UHGV virus genome: UHGV-0163337
Origin: a virus
Strand: one strand, 5' to 3'
Length of the DNA: 34,745 nt
Both the position numbers and the translations under genes were made by a program. Positions 7,661-17,753 of this stretch are shown here, in pieces (positions within the stretch are counted from its first letter, which is position 1; every line of letters begins with the position of its first letter). The notes beneath the pieces are model-generated. The model was given only the letters and a program-made list of their open reading frames with translations, searched no databases and had not been told where the DNA came from.

Positions 7661-8861
7661 TTTGAATGGTATGTTTATGGATAAATTTAAACCATACAGC
7701 AAATCCAATGCTCCTATCACAACACTTGAAAAGTTGTCAAAGGCTTTATCGATTTCTGTTGAAGAGCTTAAAGCTATTGCAGAACTACCATTAGATGAGA
7801 AATATACTCTAAAAGAAATTCCCAAAATTGACGGAAGCAAACGGATTGTCTACTCCCTGCATCCTAAAATGAGATTATTACAGAGTAGAATTAATAAACG
7901 TATTTTTAAGGAATTGGTTGTTTTTCCTTCATTTTTGTTTGGTTCAGTCCCCAGTAAAAATGATGTTTTAAATTCTAACGTCAAGCGTGACTATGTTTCA
8001 TGCGCAAAGGCTCATTGTGGAGCAAAAACAGTTCTCAAGGTGGATATAAGTAATTTTTTCGATAATATCCATAGAGATCTGGTTAGGAGCGTGTTTGAGG
8101 AGATATTGCATATTAAGGATGAGGCTCTTGAATACTTGGTGGATATATGTACTAAGGATGATTTTGTCGTACAGGGGGCCTTAACATCAAGCTATATAGC
8201 AACTTTGTGTTTATTCGCTGTTGAAGGGGATGTGGTAAGACGTGCGCAGAGGAAAGGACTTGTTTATACGCGTTTGGTAGATGATATTACCGTGTCATCT
8301 AAAATAAGTAATTATGATTTTTCTCAAATGCAAAGCCATATAGAGAGGATGCTTTCTGAGCATGACTTGCCGATAAATAAGCACAAAACTAAAATATTTC
8401 ACTGTTCATCTGAACCTATAAAAGTACATGGTTTAAGAGTTGACTATGACTCACCTCGACTACCATCCGATGAAGTCAAAAGAATCAGGGCATCTATACA
8501 TAATTTGAAATTACTGGCGGCAAAAAATAACACAAAAACAAGTGTTGCATACAGAAAAGAATTCAATAGATGTATGGGGAGAGTGAATAAGCTTGGCCGT
8601 GTTGGGCATGAAAAATATGAATCATTCAAGAAACAGTTGCAGGCAATAAAACCGATGCCATCTAAAAGAGATGTTGCTGTGATTGATGCAGCTATAAAAA
8701 GTTTAGAGTTGTCGTATTCGAAAGGTAATCAAAATAAACATTGGTATAAAAGAAAATATGATTTGACGAGATATAAGATGATTATTCTTACTCGCTCTGA
8801 ATCATTTAAAGAAAAACTGGAGTGTTTTAAATCTAGATTGGCATCTTTAAAACCATTATGA
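7635..8861 (+). CDS. retron-type reverse transcriptase
   Basis: RT catalytic box YTRLVDDITV; retron-like AKAH (NAxxH position), VDISNFFDN and KVHGL (VTG position); first ATG 7635; alternatives TTG 7587 or ATG 7671; AT-rich. Confidence 0.8.
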   Translation: MGRPYVTLNLNGMFMDKFKPYSKSNAPITTLEKLSKALSISVEELKAIAELPLDEKYTLKEIPKIDGSKRIVYSLHPKMRLLQSRINKRIFKELVVFPSFLFGSVPSKNDVLNSNVKRDYVSCAKAHCGAKTVLKVDISNFFDNIHRDLVRSVFEEILHIKDEALEYLVDICTKDDFVVQGALTSSYIATLCLFAVEGDVVRRAQRKGLVYTRLVDDITVSSKISNYDFSQMQSHIERMLSEHDLPINKHKTKIFHCSSEPIKVHGLRVDYDSPRLPSDEVKRIRASIHNLKLLAAKNNTKTSVAYRKEFNRCMGRVNKLGRVGHEKYESFKKQLQAIKPMPSKRDVAVIDAAIKSLELSYSKGNQNKHWYKRKYDLTRYKMIILTRSESFKEKLECFKSRLASLKPL

Positions 8862-9565
8862 ATGCAAATATTAGACTTCTCAAATATATTGTCGGTGTGT
8901 CGTCAGCTCTTTTTTTGATTTTTTCGCTAATTTCTCTTTTTGAAACTATTCAGAATGAAAAGCTATATGAGCGTGATATATGCTTCGATAGCCAGTGCTT
9001 AAAATTTTTTGCGGAAAAAACATCTGGTATAGTAATGTATTTTCAGGCGTTTGGATGGCTTATAACAACTTTTGTTACCGTTTTTGGTGTTATGATTGCT
9101 TTGATGACATATAACGCTGGAGTTAAAAATAATAATAATAGTAATTACACTAGTCATCTGACGATGTTTAGAGAATTTGCAAGTGCTGAGTTAACTAAAA
9201 GAAGTAGCATCTATCCAGAGAAAGTTAATTTTTTTAGATGGTATAGGGTTATGTTCCCTGAAGCGCAAGGCGGTGATATATCTGTTTCGAGAGATTATCT
9301 AGAAATAATATCTAGAATCAAATGTGTTATTGAGGAAGCCAATGCACATATTACAGAGGAAAGTAAAGACTATAAATATAAAACTCATCAGAGAAAAATG
9401 ATGGCTGTTTTGGATGAAATCGGTATATCGATTAGTAATGGGCCCAAAAATATTTTTATCGAGGTTGAGAGTCAAATTTTGGATTATATCGATACTATTA
9501 ATTTGTCATTTTGTCATTCCTCATCAGTGATAGAATTAAGTAGAGTAAAAAGGAAGTATATATAG
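8858..9565 (+). CDS. 2-TM membrane protein, putative effector partnered with the RT
   Basis: ATGA overlap with RT stop; 235 aa; hydrophobic helices ~10-28 and ~58-84, then ~150-aa soluble domain; AT-rich. Confidence 0.7.
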   Translation: MNANIRLLKYIVGVSSALFLIFSLISLFETIQNEKLYERDICFDSQCLKFFAEKTSGIVMYFQAFGWLITTFVTVFGVMIALMTYNAGVKNNNNSNYTSHLTMFREFASAELTKRSSIYPEKVNFFRWYRVMFPEAQGGDISVSRDYLEIISRIKCVIEEANAHITEESKDYKYKTHQRKMMAVLDEIGISISNGPKNIFIEVESQILDYIDTINLSFCHSSSVIELSRVKRKYI

Positions 9566-9568
9566 TTA

Positions 9569-9595
9569 AGTTGGCGGGGTTGCATTCCGCCAACT
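9569..9595. terminator. bidirectional terminator between convergent 2-TM gene and Q
   Basis: AGTTGGCGG-ggttgcatt-CCGCCAACT hairpin followed by TTTATATATTT. Confidence 0.7.
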
Positions 9596-9607
9596 TTATA
9601 TATTTAC

Positions 9608-10627
9608 TTATAAGTTATAATCAAGGAATTTTATGACTTCCATATCTAACCATTCATTTATTGACTTTATTCTCTCCTGTAATGGAATGAGTTCATTGCG
9701 GACAAAGACCTTTGCCACTTTTTCAATATCTCCTAGTGACCCGACATTCTCCGGCTTACCGCCCATCAACTGAAAGGGGATGCGGTGTGCGTCCAGGAGA
9801 TCTGCGGCGCTGACTTTTTTGATATTAAAAAAATCGTCCTTCGTCGCCACTTCACTGAGGGGGATAATTTTAATGCCGTCGGCTTTCCCCTGTGGGGCAT
9901 AGAGAAACAGGTTTTTAAAGTTGTTGCGGCCTTTCGACTTCACCATGTTTTCGCGGAGCATTTCGATATCGTTGCGATCCTGCACGGCATCAGTGACGTA
10001 CATGATATATCCGGCATGAGCGCCGTTTTCGTAATACTTGCGGCGGAACAGCGTGGCCGACTCATTCAGCCAGGCAGAATTAAGGGCGCTGAGATATTCC
10101 GGCAGACCGTACAGCTCCTGATTAATATCCGGCTCCAGCAGGTGAAACACGGAGCCGGGCGTGAAGGCTGTCGGCTCGTTGAAGGACGGCACCCACCAGT
10201 AAACATCCTCCTCCACGCCACGGCGGGTATATTTTGCCGGTGAGGTTTCCAGTCTGATGACCTTACCGGTGGTGCTGTAACGCTTTTCCAGAAACGCATT
10301 ACCGAACACCAGAAAATCCAGCACAAAGCGGCTGAAATCCTGCTGGGAAAGCCACGGATGCGGGATAAATGTCGAGGCCAGAATATTGCGTTTGACGTAA
10401 ATCGGCGAGCTGTGATGCACGGCAGCACGCAGGCTTTTCGCCAGACCGGTAAAGCTGACCGGCGGCTCATACCATCTGCCGTTACTGATGCACTCGACGT
10501 AATCCAGAATGTCACGGCGGTCGAGTACCGGCACCGGCTCACCAAAGGTGAATGCCTCCATTTTCGGGGCGCTGGCGGTCATTTTTTTTGCCGCAGGTTG
10601 CGGTGTTTTCCCTTTTTTCTTGCTCAT
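9608..10627 (-). CDS. Q: portal protein Q
   Basis: 339 aa (P2 gpQ ~344); overlaps P stop; position at left end next to cos. Confidence 0.9.
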   Translation of the reverse strand: MSKKKGKTPQPAAKKMTASAPKMEAFTFGEPVPVLDRRDILDYVECISNGRWYEPPVSFTGLAKSLRAAVHHSSPIYVKRNILASTFIPHPWLSQQDFSRFVLDFLVFGNAFLEKRYSTTGKVIRLETSPAKYTRRGVEEDVYWWVPSFNEPTAFTPGSVFHLLEPDINQELYGLPEYLSALNSAWLNESATLFRRKYYENGAHAGYIMYVTDAVQDRNDIEMLRENMVKSKGRNNFKNLFLYAPQGKADGIKIIPLSEVATKDDFFNIKKVSAADLLDAHRIPFQLMGGKPENVGSLGDIEKVAKVFVRNELIPLQERIKSINEWLDMEVIKFLDYNL

Positions 10628-12399
10628 CAGTAAAACTCCAGAATGGTGGATGTCAGCGGGGTGCTGATACCGGCGGTGAGTGGCTCATTTAACAGGGCGT
10701 GCATGGTCGCCCATGCGAGGTCGGCGTGGCTTGCTTCCTCGCTGCGGCTGGCCTCATAGGTGGCGCTGCGTCCGCTGCTGGTCATGGTCTTGCGGATAGC
10801 CATAAACGAGCTGGTGATGTCGGTGGCGCTGACGTCATATTCCAGACAGCCACGGCGGATAACGTCTTTGGCCTTGAGCACCATTGCGGTTTTCATTTCC
10901 GGCGTGTAGCGGATATCGCGCGCGGCGGGATAGAACGAGCGCACGAGCTGGAACACGCCGACACCAAGGCCGGTGGCATCAATACCGATGTATTCGACGT
11001 TGTATTTTTCGGTGAGTTTGCGGATGGATTCCGCCTGGGTGGCAAAGTCCATGCCTTTCCACTGGTGACGCTCAAGTATTCTGAATTTGCCACCGGCCAC
11101 CACCGGCGGTGCCAGCACCACGCATCCGGCGCTGTCGCCACGGTGTGACGGGTCGTAACCAATCCATACCGGACGTGAGCCGAACGGATTGGCGGCAAAC
11201 GGCGCATAGTCTTCCCATTCTTCCAGCGTGTCGACCATGCAGCGTTGCAGCTCCTCGAACGGGAACACCGACGCCTTGTCGTCAACAAATTCACACATGA
11301 ACAGGTTTTTAAAATCGTCGGCGCTGTTTTCACGTTTGAGCTGCTCAATGTCGAACAGTGTGCAGCCGCCTTTCAGGGCGTCCTCAATGGTGACAATCTG
11401 CCGCCACTGGCCGTCCGCACAGAGAAGCCCGCTGGCAAGGGCGTTATGACTGACGTCGATTTCCACACGTTCGGCGGCGCTGGCACGTCCCCGGTTGAAC
11501 AGTTCACCTGACCAGAACGGGTAGGCGTCGTGCGCCAGCGTGGACGGGGTGGAGAAATAGGTCGAGCGCAGGTGACTCTGTGAGGCCATACCTGATGCCA
11601 CCTTACGCAGTACCTGAAAATTCGGGATCCAGAAAATCTCATCGACGTACAGGTCGCCGTTATGGCTCTGCGCGGTGTTGGAGTTGGTGCCGAGAAAAAT
11701 CAGTTTTGCGCCGTTATTGCCCAGGACAATCGGGTCACCGGTAAGGTCAATGTCCACCAGACGGGCAAAGGCGATGATGTATTCGCGGAACACATACGCC
11801 TGCGTTTTACTGGCCGACAGAAAAATCTGGTTATGACCGGTTTTCAGGGCGCGCAGCAGTGCCTCGCGGGAAAAATAAAACGTCGCGCCAATCTGGCGGG
11901 ATTTCAGGATATCGCGGATGCGGTGCTCAAGCCCGGCGCGATACCAGTGCAACTGATAGTCGAAAGACTGCTCAAAGAAAATCTGCTCCAGCTTTTCGAT
12001 GGCCTCGTCACTGAAAAAATTCTTTTTCGGTTTGCGCCGCCCGTCTTTGTTGCGGTTAGCGACGTTCGGATTAAGGTCTGCCTCGTTGCCGGTCTGGCTG
12101 TAGCGATTTACCCGTGCCAGTCGTTCAATCTGGCGTCCCAGCAGGTCAATTTCCTTGAAGTCACCGCCGGTTTTCTGCGGTTTGATGATGAGCTGGGTCA
12201 GCCGCGCTTCCAGGCTCATTTCGACACGGCTGATGGGGGCAACGTTGTCCCAGCCGTCGCGCTGTTTCCAGCTCTGCACCGTCGGGCGTTTCATCTGCAA
12301 CATGGCGGAAATCTGCGGCACGGAAAACCCCTGCCAGTACAGCAGCGCCGCCTGACGACGCGGGTCGTGTAAAAGAGTGGTGTCTGTGGTGATGGTCAT
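10627..12399 (-). CDS. P: terminase large (ATPase) subunit P
   Basis: 590 aa from ATG 12399 with GAGG SD (ORF track extends to TTG 12429); P2 gpP ~590 aa. Confidence 0.9.
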   Translation of the reverse strand: MTITTDTTLLHDPRRQAALLYWQGFSVPQISAMLQMKRPTVQSWKQRDGWDNVAPISRVEMSLEARLTQLIIKPQKTGGDFKEIDLLGRQIERLARVNRYSQTGNEADLNPNVANRNKDGRRKPKKNFFSDEAIEKLEQIFFEQSFDYQLHWYRAGLEHRIRDILKSRQIGATFYFSREALLRALKTGHNQIFLSASKTQAYVFREYIIAFARLVDIDLTGDPIVLGNNGAKLIFLGTNSNTAQSHNGDLYVDEIFWIPNFQVLRKVASGMASQSHLRSTYFSTPSTLAHDAYPFWSGELFNRGRASAAERVEIDVSHNALASGLLCADGQWRQIVTIEDALKGGCTLFDIEQLKRENSADDFKNLFMCEFVDDKASVFPFEELQRCMVDTLEEWEDYAPFAANPFGSRPVWIGYDPSHRGDSAGCVVLAPPVVAGGKFRILERHQWKGMDFATQAESIRKLTEKYNVEYIGIDATGLGVGVFQLVRSFYPAARDIRYTPEMKTAMVLKAKDVIRRGCLEYDVSATDITSSFMAIRKTMTSSGRSATYEASRSEEASHADLAWATMHALLNEPLTAGISTPLTSTILEFY

Positions 12400-12572
12400 G
12401 AATACCTCGCCGTGATGAATACACGGCAAGGCTACTGAGTCGCGCCCTGCGATTCGCTAAGGTGCTGTTGTGTCAGTGATAAGCCATCCGGGACTGATGG
12501 CGGAGGATGCGCATCGTCGGGAAACTGATGCCGACATGTGACTCCTCTAATCACTATTCAGGACTCCTGACA

Positions 12573-13427
12573 ATGGCAAAAAAAGTCTCAAAATTCTTTC
12601 GTATCGGCGTTGAGGGTGACACCTGTGACGGGCGTGTCATCAGTGCGCAGGATATTCAGGAAATGGCCGAAACCTTTGACCCGCGTGTCTACGGTTGCCG
12701 CATTAACCTGGAACATCTGCGCGGCATCCTGCCTGACGGTATTTTTAAACGTTATGGCGATGTGGTCGAACTGAAGGCCGAAAAGATTGATGACGATTCG
12801 GCGCTGAAAGGCAAATGGGCGCTGTTTGCGAAAATCACCCCGACCGATGACCTTATCGCGATGAACAAGGCCGCGCAGAAGGTCTACACCTCAATGGAGA
12901 TTCAGCCGAACTTTGCCAACACTGGCAAATGTTATCTGGTGGGGCTGGCCGTCACCGATGACCCGGCAAGCCTCGGCACGGAATACCTGGAATTCTGCCG
13001 CACGGCAAAACACAACCCCCTGAACCGCTTCAAATTAAGCCCTGAAAACCTGATTTCAGTGGCAACGCCTGTTGAGCTGGAATTTGAAGACCTGCCTGAA
13101 ACCGTGTTCACCGCCCTGACCGAAAAGGTGAAATCCATTTTTGGCCGCAAACAGGCCAGCGATGACGCCCGTCTGAATGACGTGCATGAAGCGGTGACCG
13201 CTGTTGCTGAACATGTGCAGGAAAAATTGAGCGCCACTGAGCAGCGCCTCGCTGAGATGGAAACTGCCTTTTCCGCTCTTAAGCAGGAGGTGACTGACAG
13301 GGCGGATGAAACCAGCCAGGCATTCACCCGCCTGAAAAACAGCCTCGACCACACCGAAAGTCTGACCCAGCAGCGCCGCAGCAAGGCCACCGGCGGTGGC
13401 GGTGACGCGCTGATGACGAACTGCTGA
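12573..13427 (+). CDS. O: capsid scaffolding protein O
   Basis: 284 aa from ATG 12573 (MAKKVSKFFRIGVEG...); same length as P2 gpO; divergent from P. Confidence 0.9.
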   Translation: MAKKVSKFFRIGVEGDTCDGRVISAQDIQEMAETFDPRVYGCRINLEHLRGILPDGIFKRYGDVVELKAEKIDDDSALKGKWALFAKITPTDDLIAMNKAAQKVYTSMEIQPNFANTGKCYLVGLAVTDDPASLGTEYLEFCRTAKHNPLNRFKLSPENLISVATPVELEFEDLPETVFTALTEKVKSIFGRKQASDDARLNDVHEAVTAVAEHVQEKLSATEQRLAEMETAFSALKQEVTDRADETSQAFTRLKNSLDHTESLTQQRRSKATGGGGDALMTNC

Positions 13428-13485
13428 CCGGCGTCAGTCAGTCCGGGAAAACCTTCACGATTAACCCTTAATTTCAGGAAAAACT

Positions 13486-14559
13486 ATGCGCCAGGAAACC
13501 CGCTTTAAATTTAATGCCTACCTGTCCCGTGTTGCCGAACTGAACGGCATCGACGCCGGTGATGTGTCGAAAAAATTCACCGTTGAACCGTCGGTCACCC
13601 AGACCCTGATGAACACCATGCAGGAGTCCTCTGACTTTCTGACCCGCATCAACATTGTGCCGGTCAGCGAAATGAAAGGGGAAAAAATTGGCATCGGTGT
13701 CACCGGCTCCATCGCCAGCACCACCGACACCGCCGGTGGCACCGAGCGTCAGCCGAAGGACTTCTCGAAGCTGGCGTCAAACAAGTACGAATGCGACCAG
13801 ATTAACTTCGATTTTTATATCCGCTACAAAACGCTGGACCTGTGGGCGCGTTATCAGGATTTCCAGCTCCGTATCCGTAACGCCATTATCAAACGCCAGT
13901 CCCTTGATTTCATCATGGCCGGTTTTAACGGCGTGAAGCGTGCCGAAACCTCTGACCGCAGCAGCAATCCGATGCTGCAGGATGTGGCGGTCGGCTGGCT
14001 GCAGAAATACCGCAATGAAGCCCCGGCGCGCGTGATGAGCAAGGTCACTGACGAGGAAGGCCGCACCACCTCTGAGGTCATCCGCGTGGGTAAGGGCGGT
14101 GATTATGTAAGCCTCGATGCACTGGTGATGGATGCGACCAACAACCTGATTGAACCTTGGTATCAGGAAGACCCTGACCTTGTGGTGATTGTGGGGCGTC
14201 AGCTACTGGCGGACAAGTATTTCCCTATCGTCAACAAGGAGCAGGATAACAGCGAGATGCTGGCCGCTGACGTCATCATCAGCCAGAAACGCATCGGTAA
14301 CCTGCCGGCGGTACGCGTCCCGTACTTCCCGGCGGATGCGATGCTCATCACGAAGCTGGAAAACCTGTCCATCTACTACATGGATGACAGCCATCGCCGC
14401 GTGATTGAGGAAAACCCGAAACTCGACCGCGTGGAGAACTACGAGTCAATGAACATTGATTACGTGGTGGAGGACTACGCCGCCGGTTGTCTGGTGGAAA
14501 AAATTAAGGTCGGTGATTTCTCCACACCGGCTAAGGCGACCGCAGAGCCGGGAGCGTAA
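13486..14559 (+). CDS. N: major capsid protein N
   Basis: 357 aa, same as P2 gpN. Confidence 0.92.
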   Translation: MRQETRFKFNAYLSRVAELNGIDAGDVSKKFTVEPSVTQTLMNTMQESSDFLTRINIVPVSEMKGEKIGIGVTGSIASTTDTAGGTERQPKDFSKLASNKYECDQINFDFYIRYKTLDLWARYQDFQLRIRNAIIKRQSLDFIMAGFNGVKRAETSDRSSNPMLQDVAVGWLQKYRNEAPARVMSKVTDEEGRTTSEVIRVGKGGDYVSLDALVMDATNNLIEPWYQEDPDLVVIVGRQLLADKYFPIVNKEQDNSEMLAADVIISQKRIGNLPAVRVPYFPADAMLITKLENLSIYYMDDSHRRVIEENPKLDRVENYESMNIDYVVEDYAAGCLVEKIKVGDFSTPAKATAEPGA

Positions 14560-14562
14560 CCG

Positions 14563-15306
14563 ATGACGAGTCCCGCACAGCGCCACATGATGCGGGTCTC
14601 GGCAGCGATGACCGCGCAGCGGGACGCCGCCCCGCTGCGACATGCAACTGTCTATGAGCAGATGCTGGTTAAGCTGGCCGCAGACCAGCGCACACTGAAA
14701 GCGATTTATTCAAAAGAGCTGAAGGCCGCAAAAAAACGCGAACTGCTGCCGTTCTGGTTGCCGTGGGTGAACGGCGTGCTGGAGCAGGGCAAAGGTGCAC
14801 AGGATGACATTCTGATGACGGTCATGCTGTGGCGTCTGGATACCGGCGATATTGCCGGTGCGCTGGAGATTGCCCGTTATGCCCTGAAGTACGGTCTGAC
14901 CATGCCGGGTAAACACCGCCGTACCCCGCCGTACATGTTCACCGAGGAGGTGGCGCTTGCGGCCATGCGCGCTCACGCTGCCGGTGAGTCTGTGGATACC
15001 CGCCTGCTGACGGACACCCTTGAACTGACCGCCACGGCTGACATGCCTGATGAAGTGCGCGCAAAGCTGCACAAAATCACCGGTCTGTTTCTGCGTGACA
15101 CCGGTGATGCCGCCGGTGCGCTGGCGCACCTGCAACGTGCGACACAGCTCGACTGTCAGGCAGGCGTCAAAAAAGAGATTGAACGACTGGAGCGGGAGCT
15201 GAAACCGAAGCCGGAGCCGCAGCCCAAAGCGGCCACCCGCGCCCCGCGTAAGACACGGAGCGTGACACCGGCAAAACGTGGACGCCCGAAAAAGAAAGCC
15301 AGTTAA
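14563..15306 (+). CDS. M: terminase small (endonuclease) subunit M
   Basis: 247 aa, same as P2 gpM; basic C-terminal tail. Confidence 0.9.
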   Translation: MTSPAQRHMMRVSAAMTAQRDAAPLRHATVYEQMLVKLAADQRTLKAIYSKELKAAKKRELLPFWLPWVNGVLEQGKGAQDDILMTVMLWRLDTGDIAGALEIARYALKYGLTMPGKHRRTPPYMFTEEVALAAMRAHAAGESVDTRLLTDTLELTATADMPDEVRAKLHKITGLFLRDTGDAAGALAHLQRATQLDCQAGVKKEIERLERELKPKPEPQPKAATRAPRKTRSVTPAKRGRPKKKAS

Positions 15307-15405
15307 CAACCGAATGCGCCCCGCGCCAGGGCGGCACGCCGGTCAGTGACGGTGAATCACCTGACACTGCACCGGCGTCCACCGCCCGACTTTTCAGAGG
15401 TAGTC

Positions 15406-15915
15406 ATGATGACGCTGATTATTCCGCGAAAGGAGGCTCCCGTGTCCGGTGAGGGTACGGTGGTCATCCCGCAACCGGCAGGCGACGAGCCGGTGATTAA
15501 AAACACGTTCTTTTTTCCCGATATCGACCCGAAGCGCGTCCGGGAACGTATGCGCCTTGAGCAGACCGTCGCCCCCGCCCGTCTGCGTGAGGCCATCAAG
15601 TCAGGCATGGCGGAAACGAATGCGGAGCTGTACGAGTACCGCGAACAGAAAATTGCTGCCGGTTTTACGCGTCTGGCGGACGTCCCGGCGGACGACATCG
15701 ACGGTGAAAGCATCAAAGTTTTTTACTACGAGCGCGCCGTGTGTGCGATGGCGACCGCGTCGCTTTATGAGCGTTATCGCGGCGTGGATGCCAGTGCGAA
15801 AGGCGACAAAAAGGCCGACAGCATTGACAGCACCATTGATGAACTGTGGCGGGATATGCGCTGGGCGGTGGCGCGTATCCAGGACAAGCCGCGCTGCATC
15901 GTGAGTCAAATCTGA
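15406..15915 (+). CDS. L: head completion protein L
   Basis: 169 aa from ATG 15406 (GAGG SD); P2 gpL 169 aa. Confidence 0.88.
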   Translation: MMTLIIPRKEAPVSGEGTVVIPQPAGDEPVIKNTFFFPDIDPKRVRERMRLEQTVAPARLREAIKSGMAETNAELYEYREQKIAAGFTRLADVPADDIDGESIKVFYYERAVCAMATASLYERYRGVDASAKGDKKADSIDSTIDELWRDMRWAVARIQDKPRCIVSQI

Positions 15916-16118
15916 TGAAGACCTTTGCGCTACAGGGCGACACGCTCGACGCCATTTGTGTCCGGTATTACGGGCGCACTGAGGGCGTGGTTGAAACCGT
16001 GCTCGCCGCAAATCCGGGACTGGCTGAACTGGGTGCGGTGCTGCCACACGGCACCGCCGTCGAACTGCCCGACGTTCAGACCGCGCCCGTGGCTGAAACT
16101 GTCAATCTGTGGGAGTAA
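15915..16118 (+). CDS. X: tail protein X
   Basis: 67 aa; ATGA overlap with L stop; MKTFALQGDTLDAICVRYYGRT. Confidence 0.85.
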   Translation: MKTFALQGDTLDAICVRYYGRTEGVVETVLAANPGLAELGAVLPHGTAVELPDVQTAPVAETVNLWE

Positions 16119-16121
16119 CGC

Positions 16122-16403
16122 ATGACAGCAGAAGAAAAAAGCGTCCTGTCGCTTTTCATGATTGGGGTGCTGATTGTTGTCGGCAAGGTGCTTGCCGGTG
16201 GTGAACCCATCACCCCGCGTCTGTTTATCGGGCGCATGTTGCTCGGTGGTTTTGTCTCGATGGTTGCCGGTGTTGTTCTGGTGCAGTTTCCTGACCTGTC
16301 ACTGCCTGCGGTGTGCGGCATCGGCTCCATGCTGGGTATCGCCGGTTATCAGGTGATTGAGATTGCCATTCAGCGCCGCTTTAAGGGCAGGGGGAAACCG
16401 TAA
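16122..16403 (+). CDS. Y: holin Y
   Basis: 93 aa with hydrophobic helices; immediately upstream of endolysin. Confidence 0.88.
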   Translation: MTAEEKSVLSLFMIGVLIVVGKVLAGGEPITPRLFIGRMLLGGFVSMVAGVVLVQFPDLSLPAVCGIGSMLGIAGYQVIEIAIQRRFKGRGKP

Positions 16404-16900
16404 TGCCGGTAATTAACACGCATCAGAATATCGCCGCCTTTCTCGACATGCTGGCCGTGTCCGAAGGGACGGCGAATCATCCGCTGACGAAAAACCGGGG
16501 CTATGACGTGATAGTCACCGGACTGGACGGAAAGCCGGAAATCTTCACCGACTACAGTGACCACCCGTTCGCGCATGGCCGACCGGCGAAGGTGTTTAAC
16601 CGTCGCGGTGAAAAGTCCACGGCCTCCGGTCGCTATCAGCAGCTTTACCTGTTCTGGCCGCACTACCGCAAACAGCTTGCCCTGCCGGATTTCAGTCCGT
16701 TGTCACAGGACAGACTCGCCATTCAGTTGATCCGCGAACGCGGTGCGCTGGATGACATCCGGGCGGGACGTATTGAGCGCGCCATTTCACGCTGTCGCAA
16801 TATCTGGGCGTCCCTGCCGGGAGCCGGTTACGGTCAGCGTGAGCATTCACTGGAAAAACTGGTCACCGTCTGGCGTACCGCCGGCGGCGTACCGGCTTAA
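16403..16900 (+). CDS. K: endolysin K (lysozyme)
   Basis: 165 aa, same as P2 gpK; ATGA-type overlap with holin. Confidence 0.9.
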   Translation: MPVINTHQNIAAFLDMLAVSEGTANHPLTKNRGYDVIVTGLDGKPEIFTDYSDHPFAHGRPAKVFNRRGEKSTASGRYQQLYLFWPHYRKQLALPDFSPLSQDRLAIQLIRERGALDDIRAGRIERAISRCRNIWASLPGAGYGQREHSLEKLVTVWRTAGGVPA

Positions 16901-16914
16901 ACGGAGTAAACACC

Positions 16915-17340
16915 ATGAAGAAATTATCCCTTTCACTGATGCTGAATGTGTCGCTGGCGCTGATGCTGGCACTGTCCCTGATTTACCCGCAGAGCGTGGC
17001 CGTCAGTTTTGTCGCCGCCTGGGCGATTCTGGCGACGGTTATCTGTGTGGTTGCCGGTGGTATCGGCGTGTATGCCACTGAGTATGTACTGGAACGCTAC
17101 GGGCGGGAGCTGCCGCCGGAATCGCTGGCCGTGAAGATTGTCACGGCGCTGTTTTTGCAGCCGGTGCCGTGGTGCAGGCGGTCAGTGGCTCTGGTAGTGA
17201 TGGTGGCGACATTTATCTCGCTGGTCGCCGCCGGATGGATTTTTACCGCGCTGATTTATCTCGTGGCGTCACTGTTTTTCCGGCTGATACGTACGGCCTG
17301 CCGTCAGCGTTTTGAGGGGCGGGAACCATGTCAAAACTGA
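16915..17340 (+). CDS. lysA: lysis accessory membrane protein LysA
   Basis: 141 aa, hydrophobic; position after K. Confidence 0.85.
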   Translation: MKKLSLSLMLNVSLALMLALSLIYPQSVAVSFVAAWAILATVICVVAGGIGVYATEYVLERYGRELPPESLAVKIVTALFLQPVPWCRRSVALVVMVATFISLVAAGWIFTALIYLVASLFFRLIRTACRQRFEGREPCQN

Positions 17341-17753
17341 TGATTGTGCTGGTTGTGTTGTTATCACTGGCGGTGGCGGGGCTGTTTCTGGCGAAGCATG
17401 AAAACGCCAGCCTGCGCGCCTCGCTGGACAGGGTGAACAACGTCGCCAGTGAACAGCAGGTGACCATCACCATGCTGAAAAATCAGCTTCATGTTGCCCT
17501 CACCAGAGCAGACAAAAACGAGCTGGCGCAGGTGGCTCTGCGTCAGGAACTGGAGAGCGCCGCGAAGCGTGAAGCACAGCGCGAGAAAACCATCACGAGA
17601 TTACTCAATGAAAACGAAGATTTTCGCCGCTGGTACGGTGCTGACCTGCCTGATGCTGTGCGCCGCTTGCACCAGCGCCCGGCCTGCACCGACGCCAGTG
17701 ATTGTCGCCAACGCCTGCCCGAAAGTGAGCCTTTGCCCGATGCCGGGCAGTGA
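17328..17753 (+). CDS. lysB: i-spanin (Rz-like) LysB
   Basis: 141 aa; N-terminal TM segment then coiled-coil-like region. Confidence 0.85.
   Translation: MSKLMIVLVVLLSLAVAGLFLAKHENASLRASLDRVNNVASEQQVTITMLKNQLHVALTRADKNELAQVALRQELESAAKREAQREKTITRLLNENEDFRRWYGADLPDAVRRLHQRPACTDASDCRQRLPESEPLPDAGQ

Noticed and set aside
7496-7840. 114-aa minus-strand ORF overlapping the RT start
   Set aside because: Antisense to the RT 5' end and the structured leader; the RT frame carries the recognisable motifs.
7587-8861. RT as a group II intron maturase or diversity-generating retroelement RT
   Set aside because: Protein is only ~400 aa with no maturase X/endonuclease extension, no flanking ribozyme-like domains, and no template/variable repeat pair or nearby target gene; retron/defence-type RT fits better.
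9121-9140. AATAATAATAATAGTAAT trinucleotide-like run
   Set aside because: Simple AT-rich low-complexity stretch encoding an Asn run inside the 2-TM protein; not a repeat array or CRISPR.
10066-11642. Multiple 60-160-aa ORFs on both strands within the Q/P region (e.g. 10066-10545 -, 10699-11148 +, 10893-11348 -, 11373-11642 -)
   Set aside because: They lie inside or antisense to the portal and terminase genes, are Arg/Pro/Ser-rich as expected from out-of-frame GC-rich coding DNA, and lack SD sequences; treated as spurious.
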